From: Tubulanus polymorphus
Taxonomy: Eukaryota; Animalia; Nemertea
Reading direction: 5' to 3'
DNA: 64,000 nucleotides
Assembly (NCBI RefSeq): GCF_964204645.1
Contig: NC_134029.1
Location: forward strand, 17,168,950 to 17,232,949
A program made the position numbers and the translations under genes. How positions within the stretch are numbered: position 1 is the first letter of the stretch; each line of letters starts with the position of its first letter. Below, piece by piece: positions 47,926 to 62,687 of the stretch. The notes under the pieces were generated by a model. It worked only from the letters and a program-made list of their open reading frames with translations. It searched no databases and had not been told where the DNA came from.

Positions 47926-50090
47926 ATGTCAGTCGTCGACGAAAAATCTCAGTCGAAGAAAACGAAAGATACGAGATCCAGTTTAGCCGGTTGGTTGACA
48001 CGTGCGATAGATAAGGCCGCTACAATTACCTGTTTATCGGCCGTCGAATCCGCTGAATTGCGTGTTACTGGCAGTTTGAGTTCTGCCCACAATCGTTATG
48101 TTTCTTATTTGGAAGATGATCATGAAATCGAAAAGGCCGAAGATTGGTTCGAGGGTTATTACGACCGAGCAATGGATGCCCTCAAGCAATTAGAAACCGT
48201 TGAATCGTCGAGAGTTCCAACTGCGGCTGGCTCACGTTTAAATCCTACTGCTGTCTGTATCTTTTGCGAGTGGCTCGCAATCGCAAGATGTGAGACAGAC
48301 GTCTAGTACGGAGCAAGAACAAGAGCCTAACCTGATGAATCGTTCAACAATTGATGCTTGGATCGACGATCTCGTAGAAGGAATGGAAACGGTAATTGGA
48401 CCGGAAACTGTTATTTCATCCCTCGAGGAAGCTGTCGTCAAGATGCAGATTGACCAAGACTTGCCGAAGGTGGAACTGACGACATTTGATGGCTCCGCAC
48501 TTCAATGGCCGCGTTTCATTGAACAGTTTCATGCTCAAATTCATTGCCGCCCCGGTATCAAAGATACCACGAGAATGGATGCTTTACAGACACACGTCAA
48601 AGGTGAGGCAAAGAAGCTTATTCAGGGTCTTGGATTTAGTGGAAAGAATTATGCGCGATCCCTTAAGGAATTGAAATTTGTTTTTGGTCATCGTGTACAT
48701 GTAGCAAGAGCTCATATTGATTCCATAACTAATGGTCCGGTAGTTAATCCTAATGACTCTATTTCATTACGTAATTTTTATATTCCTGTCAGAGATTGTT
48801 TAATTACATTGAATCGGATGAACTATACCTCAGAAATAAGTAGTAGTGATTTGTTGCAAAAAACTGTCAAACGTTTGCCAATTGACAAGCGTTCAAAGTG
48901 GAATGATTTCGCTCGTCGCATATATCGGCAGCGGGATCTCACTTTAGTAGATCTTGAAAATTGGCTCAAGGACTGTGTCGATGCTGATTTCGGTCCGTTT
49001 TCATTGCAAAGTAAACCCAGGCGCGCTAGTAATTTCAATAATGAAAGCTTGAATAAGTCTAAATCTTTTGTTTTGAATTCAAGAAGTCAAACTACAAAAT
49101 GTATCCTGTGTTCGGAAAATCACAATTTAAGTAAGTGTAGATTGTTTTTAGAGAAACCCGTTGAACAAAGATTCACGTTTGTCAAGTCTAATCGTTTGTG
49201 TATTAACTGTTTAGCTCAGGGACATTATCTGAAGTCTTGTTTGTCAACAATTACGTGTAAAGAAACAGAATGTGGTAAAAAGCATCATATACTATTGCAT
49301 AATCAACGTCAAATTCAGTTAACTACAAATAATTCTGATAATGTGTGGTCAAACTCTGGTCAGATGGTGGCTTCTGGAAAGTCTGATGATTTTCAATGTA
49401 ATATTGAGTATAATACTGAAAAGGCAATTGGCCAAAATACGGTTTTGAGCGCTTATAGTAATTGCACAAATGTATATTTTCAGGTACTACCGATCATAGT
49501 TCAAGGCAAGAACGGTCGTCGAATCTCCACATATGGTTTGCTAGACTCGGGCAGTGATATCACTATGATACAAGATAGTTTGGCCGCCGATTTAGGGCTG
49601 CCTGGTAAGACGCAATGCTAACAATAAATACCCTACGTTCTAGTGTTGTTCGACCATCACGTTGCGTTTCTTTCACTGTTCAAGCTAATCAACCCAATGC
49701 TGAGGTAATATCCATTTCTCGGGCGTGGACTACTTCTGGTCAGATTCATTGCCCGCTTCAGAAAGTTAATGAAACAGGTGTGAAAAAACTAGCTCATTTG
49801 AATGGAATTGATTTTTCTGAAGTTCTCTCTGATAAGGTTCAGGTTCTCCTTGGTGCTAACGTGCCACAGGTTCATTTACAATTAGAGGTCAGAGAAGGTA
49901 CTCCTAGTCAACCCGTTGCTAAAAGAACTAAATTAGGATGGTGTCTTTTAGGCGGTATGACTGACGTAGATTCTAATAACGTAAATAGGGTTCATGTTCA
50001 ATCAATCGCTAGTGATTCTTTGTTAGATGAATCTATAATTTCGCAGCAGATAGGAAGGTTTTGGTCAACTGAGTCCTTTGGCGTTATTTA
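47926..50090 (+). pseudogene. BEL/Pao gag-protease, frameshifted
   Basis: ORFs 47902-48306, 48290-49621 and 49615 onward; TKLGW motif. Confidence 0.88.
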
Positions 50091-50093
50091 CCC

Positions 50094-50784
50094 TTATCGA
50101 ACTGGACGTATCGGCCCCACTCCGCGCGGTGGCGCCACCCCGCGGGATTTACGCGAAGCAGCAGAACACAAACACGGCCATTCTCTCAATTTTCAATGAT
50201 AGAAATCGTGTGTGTATTTCAATTATTTCGGCTGTTAGGGTTTTGAGGCACAATATAAGTTGATGATGTGATATGGCGATGTTAATTAATGATAATTCCG
50301 CAGTGAAGCTAGTCACGAACGGTGCCGATTGAGTGTACAGCTGCCAAAAACACTGAAATGTGCGTAGTTGAGTAACTATTTGCAGTGAATTGCAGACGAA
50401 ACATGAAGCCTTAACGGCCGTTTAAAAAAAAATTATACCAATCGCAATTGTAAAATAAAAATGAGATAGAACCTAAGTTAAAATTCTGGCCAATTCTAAA
50501 ATGTTATTTATTATTAATCCTAATTTTTAGTCAGTGCGGAACGTTTAGTTTTCCAACAATAATGAGAGGTGGTAGGTAGTCATGCAATTCACGTCATCAT
50601 TTATTACCCGTTACTTCCGTGTTGTTGAAAATCTCGCGAGTCCTGGACTAAACCCCAATGAACAATGTGATCTGTGTGCTGGCCACTAAAAATGCACACA
50701 GATCACACTACACTACCCATTACACACTCCAGTACCCACAGCTTTCATATATCCATCCAAATATTTAGTGGCTTTCTTCCTGGG
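50094..50784. mobile_element. Unclassified ~0.7-kb insertion in BEL pol
   Basis: Separates FWSTESFG from SIEDEK, which are normally close together in BEL pol; boundaries approximate. Confidence 0.55.
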
Positions 50785-51395
50785 TCTATTGAAGATGAAA
50801 AGAGTTTAGCTATTTTAACAAATTCCACTCATCTTGTTAATGGGCACTATGAAGTTGGGATGTTGTGGCGGGATGAAGATAGCGTTTTACCTAACAATTT
50901 TCATTTAGCTCATCGGAGATTTGGGTTGTTAATGGATAGATTAGAGAAAGATGAGATTATGAAAGAAGGTTACAGTAATACCTTGAATGGTTACATTTCA
51001 GACGGGTATGCACAAAAGTTATCTCCTGAAGAGGCTCGTAAGTCAGGTTCTAGAACATGGTACATCCCACATCACTGTGTTAAAAACCCAAACAAACCAA
51101 ATAAATTTAGGGTTGTATTTGACGCCGCCTCGAAATTTCAGGGAAGTTCATTGAATAGCTTGTTGATGACGGGTCCGGATCTTTTGAATAGTTTGTTTGG
51201 GGTTATTCAAAGATTTCGCCTATACGAAACTGCTCTGGTGGCAGACGTCCAGGCTATGTTTCATCAGGTGAGGACTTCCGAGAAAGACTCGGATTCTTTG
51301 AGGTTTCTTTGGCGACCGGATGCGTCATCTGGTTATCCTGATGTTTACAAGATGCAAGTACAGATTTTTCGGTGCAAAAGATTCGCCTTGTTGTG
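50785..51395 (+). pseudogene. BEL/Pao reverse transcriptase, N-terminal half
   Basis: ADVQAMFHQV, LRFLW; cut at the P3 terminus. Confidence 0.9.
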
Positions 51396-51664
51396 AGTAA
51401 TAGGGATGATGGGCTTTCAGATCAAAGGTCGAAAGGTCGAGCTCATAAAAAATGAAAAATATGAAAATAATAACAATTTCTATTTGAATTAGTAGCGAAA
51501 CTCATAAAAGATGAAAAATAATTCTCGCACACTCGAATTTATGTTTCATTTTATATGAGTTTCACTCCTAATTCAAATAGAAATTATTATTATTTTCATA
51601 TTTTTCATTTTTTACTCACTCGCCCTTTCAACCTTTAATCTGAAAGCCCATTATCCCTATTACT
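51396..51664. repeat. P3 terminus: 269-bp imperfect palindrome
   Basis: AGTAATAGGGAT...ATCCCTATTACT. Confidence 0.92.
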
Positions 51665-51969
51665 CTTAAAATATTTATATACATAAAATATATATGAATA
51701 ACATATAAATTGATAGATTATTCAATATAAAAGTGTTAGTAAAGTGTGAGCTCTTATAGAATAGATATATAGATATATTTTAAACATATTTCAATATTTA
51801 TATTTGTATGAGTTAGATTTCTAAACATTAAAAGTGTTAGTAAAGTGTGATTGAAATAATTCATATATATATATACATGAATAACATATAAATGAATAAA
51901 ATATAAATGAATAAAATATAAATGAATAAAATGTGTCAAATCAATTTTAAAAAAAAATTTAGTATTAAA

Positions 51970-54900
51970 ATGGAAGCAAATAAGTACTACTGTTCAACAT
52001 GTAAAATCAATATAGATAAATCCCAAAAAGCAAGACACAATAAAACTAAAACACATTTAGAGAATTAATTGAAATTAGAATATGAAGATGATATATTAGA
52101 AACTAAATTAGATGAATTAAAGAATGAAAAAGAAACATACAAATGTGATACGTGTAATCAATCATTCAGTGATAAAAGATATTATAATGAACATTTAAAA
52201 TCTAAAAGGCATATTAGAAATAAGAATAATGATATTTTAGGTGAGGATTATTTTGATGAAGATAATGATATGAAACAGAAGACAATTAAAAGAATAAGAA
52301 ATAAATTAAACAATAAAAGACCATACATGGAAGATGTAAGAAATTATATTAATTCATTAGATAATAAAAAAGATATAGAAATAACCGAAGCATTTAAAAG
52401 TGATATTGGTCCAGCAGCTATCGAGTTTAAATTTCATAAAGGTAAAACGTTAGAAGAAAATAAAAAACATTTAGAAAATATGAAAAATATTATAAAAATA
52501 ATCACAGATGTTGAATACCCTAAAATTAGTATATCTTCTAAAGTAAAGTTTATAAAATCTGAAGATAAACCAATATATAATATAAATTCTCATTCACAAC
52601 ATATTATATCTAAACAACATATAGATGATAAATAAGATAAATGTTATAATGAAATAAAAACTAAAATAGAAGAGAAATATTTTGAAGGGTCTGGTTTAAT
52701 ATTTGATGAAATAATATTTATGACTTTACATGTCTATAACACAAAATATAATAAGTTAACTAAATCGAAACCAATAGATGAAAATAATGTATCATATTAT
52801 AAAGAACCAGATATTGAAGCATCGAGTTATATTAAACTACCATTTAAAACTAATACTGTTATAAATGTACAAAATTTTGATGATAAAAGTTTTTTATGGG
52901 CAATAATTAGTTGCTTACATCCTGCAACTGATAATATTTGTAGATTAACACATTATAAACCATTTGAAAATAATTATAAGATAGATAATTATCCTGTTAG
53001 AATTAAAAATATCCCAAAAATAGAAAGAGATAATAATCTAAAAATAAATGTATTTGATTTAACCAAATTACCAAAAACAAAAGGTAATAATATAAAACAT
53101 TATACATTAGAACCTTTATACCTATCAAAAGATTATGATTCAAATGGTGTTATAGATATACTATAATTTGAAAATCATTATATGTGGATTTAACAAATAG
53201 ATTTATTTTCTAAATCAGAAAATGATCACCATAAAATATATCTTTGTAGAAAATGTTTACATAAATTCAGTAATGAAAGTACATTATTAAATCATAAACA
53301 ATTATGTGAAAATCATGATTATTGTAAATTAGTTTTACCAAATGAAAAGGATAAAATATTAGAATTCAAAAAATATGATTACAAAAATAAAGTACCATTT
53401 GTAATATATGGAGATTTTGAATCATTAAATAAAGAATTAACTGATCAAGATAGAAAAGAAATATATTATAAAAGAAAGAAATTAAATTCTAATGAAAATG
53501 ATTTTTCAGATGAACCACCAAAAACAAATACAATTAAAAAGATTCATCAATCAGCTGCTGCTTTCGGGTTATATATTAAATCTGATTATCCAGAACTTAT
53601 TGAAAGTGAATATTATGATTATAGAAATGAAAATGTTATCAATCATTTTTGTGACTTATTAATTGAATATGAAATAAGATTTAGTAAATTATTGAATACA
53701 AATATAGAAATTTAAATGACAGAAGAGGATAAAGAAGAATTTGTGTTTACAGGTAAATGTTATTATTGTGAAAAGATATTTAATTATAAAGATAAAAAGT
53801 AAGAGACCATGATCATTTGAATGGAAAGTTTAGAGGCGCTGCGCATGAGAATTGCAATTTACAAGCCAAAAAGTAAATTTTGTTCCAGTTATATTTCATA
53901 ATCTATCAGGATATGATGCACATTTATTTATCAAACAGTTATGCCATAAAATAGAAGAAATTAATAATGAAATAGAAAGATTAAATTCAAATAGATCAAA
54001 AGATAAAATACCAACTTATAAATTTAAAATGTTAGCTAGAACATCTGAGAATTATATATCATTCCAATTTGGGTGTTTAAGATTTATAGATTCATATAGA
54101 TTTTTAAATAGTTCATTAGATAACTTGTCAAAATCATTAGTTGATGATGAATTAAAGATATTAAAGCAACATTATTCAAATAATGATGATTTCCAATTAA
54201 TGAGATATAAAGGAGCGATTCCATATTCATTTTATAAATCACATAATGATTTTAACATAACTGAACTTAAAAATGAACAATTTTATGATGAATTAAAAAA
54301 TGAACATGTTAAAGATGAAGTCTATAATAGAACATTGAATATTTGGAATCATTTTGGAATGAAAAATCATGGACAATTAGTAGATTTATATTTAAAATCA
54401 GATGTATTATTATTAACCGATATATTTGAAAGGTTTAGAGATGTAAACCTAAAATATTCTAACATTGATCCTTGTCATTGTTATTCAAGTCCAGGATTAA
54501 CATGGGATTGTGGATTAAAATTTACAGATATAAAAATGGATTTGTTAACAAATATAGATCAATTATTACTATTTGAAAAATCTATAAGAGGAGGAGTTTC
54601 AGGTGTATTAGGAGATAGATATTTCAATGTAAATAATAACCCTGGATATAAGTTATTATATATAGATGCAAATAATCTATATGGTTGGGCAATGATGGAA
54701 CCACAACCTTATGGAGTATTTGAAATAAGTGAAGTTTCACAACATGAAAATAATGACAAATTTGATTGGAAGAAAAGAATTCTAGATATTGCAGATGATT
54801 CAGATACTGGTTACTTCTTTGTTGTAGATTTAGAATATCCTGAACATATTAAATTTAAATCTAGAAATCTAGCATACTGCCCAGAACATAATACTGTAAC

Positions 54901-55972
54901 TCATGAAGAATTATCAAATTACCAAAAAAGAATTAAACCCGAAAATCATATTCATACAGAAAAGTTAATGGTAACTCAGGAAGATAAATATAATTATGTA
55001 GTACATTATAGAATGTTAAAGTTTTATTTGAATCAAGGAATGATTCTAAAAAAGTACATAGATATATTTCATTTAGTCAATCTAAGTGGTTAGAAAAATA
55101 TATAGATTTTAACACCAAACAGAGAACTAAAGCTAAAACTTATTTTGAGAAAGATTTCTTCAAGTTAATGAACAATGCATTCTATGGTAAGACTTGTGAA
55201 AATATTAGAAATAGAAATGATATTGAGTTAGTTAGTAATGGTAAAAGGATAAGGCATTTACAATCATATCCTAAGTTTTTAGGTAACAGAATATTTGATG
55301 AAAATTTAGCTGCAGTTAAAATGAAAAGAACTTCTATGAAATTTAATAAACCAATCTATGTTGGTGCTTCAGTTTTATAAATATCAAAGCTATTGATGTA
55401 TGAATTCTATCATAATGTATTACAACCTCATTTTGGAGAAAAACATATAGAAATCTTATATTTTGATACTGACAGTTACATTTTAAAGATTAAAACTAAT
55501 AATCTAACAAATGATTTAAAAACATTAAAACATCATTTCGACTTTAGTAATTATCCACAAGATAATGAATTGTTTAGCAATGTTAATAAGAAGCAGCCCG
55601 GGAAGTTTAAGGATGAATTAGGTGGTGAAGAAATGATTGAAATCATATGAAACTAAAGAACATGAAGCTAAAAAGTTAAAAGGAATTACTAAAAGTGTAG
55701 TAGAAAAAAATATTCATTTCAAAGATTATATCAATTGTTTATTCAATGAAGAAGTTAGAAAACATAAGATGAGATGTTTAAGATCAGAAGATCACGAAAT
55801 GTTTATTGAAGAAATAGAAAAGATAAGTCTAAACCCATTTGATGATAAAAGATATATTTTAGATGATGGAATTCATACAGTTGCATATGGTTGCAATTTA
55901 GATGAATACTTTAAATTTAAAAGAGAAGAAACAAAAGAGAATGAGATTATGAAAAGAATTCTAACGTGTTAA
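51970..55972 (+). pseudogene. polB: pPolB of P3, intein-free, many stops and frameshifts
   Basis: Near-identical to P2 pPolB; YFDTDSY at about 55459-55479. Confidence 0.93.
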
Positions 55973-56001
55973 TCAAATTTTAATAAAAATATGTATTATA
56001 A

Positions 56002-59000
56002 ATGGAGAGTAAACAAGCAAACAGTGAGAACAACAAATTATTTCTAGATAGAATAAAAGATACTTCAAATGTCAAATCCGTAGATTATAAATTTAAGAAG
56101 TTAAAAGAATTAACAATCCATAAGAAATATTTAATAACAAATATTGATACAGTTACTAACAAATATGGAGATAAATTAGTTATACACTTAGAATATGAAG
56201 GATTAAAAGGAAATACATATAAATTCAGAACATATTTACCTGATAGATTTCATAGATTATCAAGTGAAGATTTATAAGAATTATGTTCTGGGGATTTCTA
56301 TTTTGTATACAAAGGTAAGAATGGGAAAGGGCACCATGAAATAGATTTCGAATAAAATATGTAAAATAATATGTAAAATAAATGGTAGAATTAAAAGAAT
56401 ATAGAATACATGTTGATTCTAGAAAACTTACAAATTATAAATCTCATAATTTACTAGTTCAATTAGATAGGGAATATAAAAATTGTGTAGATTTAAAATT
56501 AGTAAATGTAAGTTTACGTAATTCTTTTTACAATATATCGGATGAAAGTATTGAACATAATACTTTTTTAATTCATATTAGAAATATAAATAAATGGTTT
56601 CATCTAATTTTGAAACCAGGATTATATAATTTAGAGACTTTAGCGCAAGAAATTAATAGAAGAGCACAGTAGAAAATTAGAGGTGAAGATAAATTTTTAA
56701 TTAGATTTATAAAAAGTGATAGCACAAATAAAATTAAAATAAAGGTAAATGATGAAAGTCAACATGCATTTATGGTAAAAAAACCATTAGCTAAATTGCT
56801 AGGAATTGCACCAGATACTGTTACAGGAAACGTAGAAGGCATTTCAAATATAATGCCTTTTTCACACTTTTATATTTATTGCAATTTAATTGATGCTACA
56901 GAAAATTTCGAAGAAACTAAAGATATAACTTGTAATTCTAGTATATTGAATAATATACCATTACAAAATGTTAAAGAATTTGGAACACAAATTAATTATA
57001 ATTTAGCTGAATGTGATTTTAAACCTTGTATTTCACGATTTAACAATTTTAAATTAGAAATAAGAAATCATAATGGTTATTTAATTGATTTGAATAACTT
57101 TCCTATAATTTATGAATTAATTATAACATGTAAAGAGTAATTTTTTTCACTATATAAATGAATATAACTGTTGGATCGAGTATGTGTTTTGGATTTGATT
57201 TTAAACGTGAGAAAGAAATGAAATTTGATATTACTGATGTAATTACACATATTAAAAATATTGCATTTTGTAACGAAACAACATTTGAGTATGAAAAAAC
57301 AATAGATAAAGAAACTTTTAATGTAGAAAAGATTACCGATACTATAAATACTATAAATGTTGAAATAATCATAAATAAGATAACTAAATATTTTGAAGAT
57401 AGTAATATTTTTGATAAATAAATGAGTGATAATAAGTGGATAATAACTGGATTATATAATGGTGCATTATTATCAGTTGGAACTGTTGGTTATTCAATGG
57501 TATTAAAAAAAGTATTTAAAATGGGAAGTGTTAATGTTGATAGATTTGATATAAATGATATTTTGAAATTAACGTTAGCAGTTACTTTATCTAGTTTAAC
57601 TATTGATTATTTGGAAAAACAAAAATATATTCCTCCCATATAAATGCATAATTTTTTTTGCTAAATAAATGGCTTCTGCAATTATAACTATTTTAGGATC
57701 AGCAATTGTTAACGCTTTAGCATTTACTGGTGGTGGTTATTTATTTAAGCATATTGATAAAAACGGATCATTATCAGAACAAAAAAGACATAACTTAGCA
57801 TTAGAGAAATACAATAAAGCTGCAGAAGAATATAGAGAAAAGAGGCAAAACTATATGGATTATATTAACAAGGAATTATATGATCAGAAGATTTCACAGA
57901 GATTTTCAATCAGTCGATGATGCAATGAGTTTATATAACGCAGTAACCAATAAAGAAAAATTACATCTATACAAACCTAAATTATCAGATTATTATACCC
58001 CAAGTAAAGAACAACAGAAATATGAAATAATTTGGATTTTTTGGAATTTAGGCCATTAACACCTTTAGCTATATCAATTGGTGTGTTAGGATTATCATCA
58101 AGTGTATTAACCGGCATAAGTTCAAAATTAAATATAAAAAGTAATAAAGAAAAAATTAAAACTAATATAAAAGAAATTAATAAATTAAAGAATACACTAG
58201 ATTATATAATAAGTTTCAATGGTAATATTACAGTTGAAGAACAAGATAAATTATTAAAAGAATTAATAAATTATCAATTTTTTTATTATATAAATGGTAG
58301 ATAGTTTTCCAAAAGCTTTCCAATATAATAAATCAATTAAATATAATATTCCAGCGATAGATTTTAATAAAGATATTTCATATAGAAATGAAGTTTTAAA
58401 TTCATTAATTAATTTATATATTTATGTTACTGAAACTAATTATTTTAATGTTAAGGTGGAAAATATATTTCATGTGTATACAATTAATTTTAAAAATTTA
58501 AATGAGGCAAAACAATCGTTATTAAAATCTAATATGAAATATTGGCAGAACCAATTAAATTTTGCTGTTTATTGTGCAACAACAGGATGTGGAATAAGTT
58601 GGAATGATCATTTAGACAAACCAAGTTTACCATTAATATTATCACTCTTTAGATTTCATACATACTTTCAAACAAAATTAATATTAGATGAATTAGAGTG
58701 GCCTTTACCAGGTTCAAAATACTTTAATGAACTAAATAATAATATTAATTTTTCCAAGTTTTATAAAATATGTAATGAATTTAATATTAATTCAAATAAT
58801 GATTTTAGATAAAAAATTGGTACAATGGGTGGATTAGGAATATTATATACTAAAGAATTTGGAAAAATAATGACAGATACAGATATAAGAACACTAAATT
58901 GGAATGAATTACCAAAATATTATAATAATATACAACAACAAAACAATAATGGTTGGATTAATTTCATTTTGGAAAATAGTGAAGGTTTTACTAAAGCTGG

Positions 59001-61340
59001 AATACAAAGAATAAATCAATCAATTATAACTTATTTGATATGTATTCTAGGTGCGCAAGTTGAAACAAGATCCCCAATAATTGGAAATTTTAATACATCA
59101 TTTGATACACAGAAACAATTCAAAGTATTATTTGAAGATTCCATTCATAATGATAAAAATAGATCGATTCCAGAAAACATTGTAAGATATCAAAATTATT
59201 TAGATAAATCTCATGTAAGACTAAATTATTGTATAGGCCCTAATCTATTAATTATTTCTAATGATTTAGTATTAAAGATGGGAAACATAATTGGTTATAA
59301 TAATCTAACTAAAACTGCAACAATAAATAATTCATTTGGATTAAATGATATGAATAAAAAGATTATTAATGCTCCAAAATTAATGGAAGGTGAAAAAAAT
59401 AAAAAACATATTCAATCAACAGAAACTAAAACTAAGAATATTAAATTGGATAATGATTCTAAAATAAAAGATTACAATACATCAGAAAATATTAGAACTG
59501 ATAATATTCAACATGAAATAATTAAACTAAATGATGATATTAAATCCCATGAAAATGCTAAATTAGCTATAACTTGTATAGGAATTGTAATAGGAGGAAT
59601 ATTATATTTTAAATTTTAATTTTTTATTATATAAATGGAAGAAGATATTCCAATGGATACTTTTGGTGACGCCCCCGGTATAAGTGATGAACCACAACCT
59701 GATTTTAATGAAACTAATATTGATAATGATGATGAATCAGCATATAATTCTAATTTAGGTGAAGATGATTCTAGTGGGCCTATATTATATGATTATGATG
59801 AATTTTAATATGATACTGTAACAAGTGAAAAATTAATAGATTATTTAGAATCCCTCGATAAGATAATAATTAAAACTAGACCAGAAAGAAAAGAGTTAAT
59901 TAATAGATTAGAAAGAACAGAAAACCCTGAATTGAAAAAAAACAATTATTATACATAAAACATGGTGTAACAAATACAGTTATTGAAGGATTATTACCAA
60001 AAAATGTAACATATAACATTGAACCAGAAGATATTCCAGAACTAATTAGAAAAGATGTTCCACGTTTCATGGATAAATTATAATTTAAAAATGATTCATG
60101 GTTTTATAATGTTGAATTAAATGGTGAAAAAGTATCAATTCAATTATCTAAAATGGGAAAAGAAGATTTGTACCATCCTGAAATGCGTGCAGGATCTACA
60201 ATTGAACATTCAAAAGGTGGTACAGAATTTCTCAGAATTATATGGAATGCACTCGATAGAATAAATGAAGAAGAACCAATTCCGAATATTGATATTAACA
60301 ATTATTCACCATTTAAAAATCCAAATCCTACTTATGATCCAGAAATGGAAGAGTATGGAGATCAATTAGAAAGATTAAGATCTTCAACACCCGAAACATC
60401 GAGAAGAGATATTCAACAAATTGATAATGATTCAAGTCAATTACAATTAGTATTAGAAAAACAAATTGATAGATTAAGAGATTCAGAAGAAGAGATGAAT
60501 AGTACTTTAGATACATCTCGTACTGGAACAAATCAAATGAAACTTTTATCAGAAAAAGGATTTCTTGGTTTAACTGATGTAGATTTAGAAACATTTCCTG
60601 AACAAGCGCGTAGAGAAATTAAAGGTGTACAAATATCAGCTGATAAAATTGCGCATGATAAAAGTATAAGAGATCAAAAAATTATGTATTTGGAAAAAGA
60701 ATTAACTGATACAGATGAAGAAATAGAACAATTAAAGTCTGATCTTGATCATCAAGCAATTGATGAAATAAAATATAAGCAAAAAGAATTACGTTGAGAA
60801 AAAGAAATTGATAATTTAAAATATAATTTAGAAGTACAAAAAGGTGAAAGAGATATATTATTAAAAGAATTTGGTAATAATTTTAAAAGATTAAAAGATG
60901 TTTTTAAAGATTTAATAATTAAACCAAATTCTGAAATATCATTGAAAGATAGAATAAAATTGTTATTTAAATTAGAAGGAATAACAATTCTTTCAATTCT
61001 AACAGCTGTAACTATGGTATTTACAACAATTGGTTTAGCTATATCAAATTCATTAAAATCTACTCCTACTCCCAATAGTCCCGGATAAACCCCCAGATAA
61101 TAATTCAATACAAGATAAAGTTAAAGATGGTTTAAAGAAATTAGCAAATATTTATGGGAACTATCTAAAAAATCTGCTGCAGCATTACCCGGAGTTATTG
61201 CATCAATTGTTGGTTTTATATTGAAATCTGCTGGGAATATTCTTAACTTTGCTGCTGAACATATTATTTTATTTTTAATTACAGTTGTAAGTGCAATTAT
61301 TTTTGGGTTAGTGAATATGATATCAAAAAATATCAGGTAA
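56002..61340 (+). pseudogene. P3 block: 117-aa homolog, penton (56382-57140), small genes, and 462- and 479-aa homologs; mostly disrupted
   Basis: Colinear with P2; a deletion near 58045 fuses the 140- and 144-aa genes. Confidence 0.85.
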
Positions 61341-61380
61341 ACATGATAAAAAATAAATAATTAATTTTTTTGTTAAATAA

Positions 61381-62638
61381 ATGAGTGGGAGTTATATAAG
61401 TCCTTCGAGGAATCATAGAATATCTAAATAATAGAATATATAGAATAGCTTTTAAAGCAGAAAGATCACATCATATAATTACTCATAATCCTTCTAATAT
61501 TAAACCCGATGAAACTTTATATGTTAGAATTCCTCGATTAACACAAAATACTTTTTATGTTCCAAATAGTATTTATTTATCAGCTGATATAAAAGTAATT
61601 GGTAATAATAATAATTATGTTGTTGATAATGTTGGGAGATATTTGATTAAAAAATTAGCCGTAAAGGTTGGGCCAGAAACAGTTTTCTCATTAGATAATT
61701 ATAATTTATTTATGCATTATAAAGATTTATGGTTAACAAAAGAAAATAGAAATAATATGATATTTCAAGGCATCCAATCAGAAAACCAAAATAAATTAAG
61801 ATCTGAAGCCAATAATGCAGTAGTAGCCAATGATGTAGATAATTTGATAAAAAAGATTTATGGAAGCAAATATAAGATTCCATTAGATTTTGAATTGATA
61901 AATAATAATGCGCCTTTGTATAAATACGCAATTCAAGAAGATGTTATATTGGAAATAACATTTGCTCCTGTAAATGAAATTGTATTATCTAGCGTTGTTA
62001 AAGATATGGGTTATGAATTATCGAATATATGTTTAGAATATGATACAGTAACTGATGTAAATATTGCTAACACAATTCAAACTCAATATAATCAAGGATT
62101 TTCATTATTATATTGAAAAATTTAAAATTGTACCTATTAATGCAAATGATGAAATAATTAATGAGAATATTAACTACCCAAGAAGATCTATGAAAGGCAT
62201 ATTAATATTTTTTACCATTGCAACATATTCTAATGGTGCAATAAAAGTTGATAATTATTATAATCCTGAAATATCAAAAGTAGATATAACTATCGAAGGA
62301 ATAGCAAATAAAATATTTTGTCAAGGAATGAGAATGATAGATCAATGGCCAGAAATTAGACAACATTTTATGATTGAAAAGTAAAATCATTTGAAAATTG
62401 TAATATCAATCAAATTGATTATTATACCGGTAATAAATATGCATTATAGTTAGATTTTAGAACAACAGAGGATAATTCATTACATGGTTCTGGGTAAAAA
62501 CAACAAAATACTAAAGATGGAATACAATTATTCATGAAAAAGAAAAAAGGAAGTTTAAATTTCAAAATGCACATTTATATTATATCCGACGCGCAATTAA
62601 ATATTGTAAATTCACAATTAGATAGTATTATGTTTTAA
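61381..62638 (+). pseudogene. Putative major capsid protein (P3), disrupted
   Basis: Homologous to 4887-6134. Confidence 0.8.
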
Positions 62639-62687
62639 GTGTTATGAAATATTAAAATTTTAACTTTAGTAAAAATTTATATAATAA

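Larger units (their letters stand above)
47570..51395 (+). mobile_element. BEL/Pao LTR retrotransposon, interrupted by P3
   Basis: FDGSALQWPRF gag motif, three Cys/His knuckles, LLDSGS protease, WYIPHH...KFRVVFDA...GPDL RT; probable LTR ending at ...GACA 47870. Confidence 0.92.
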
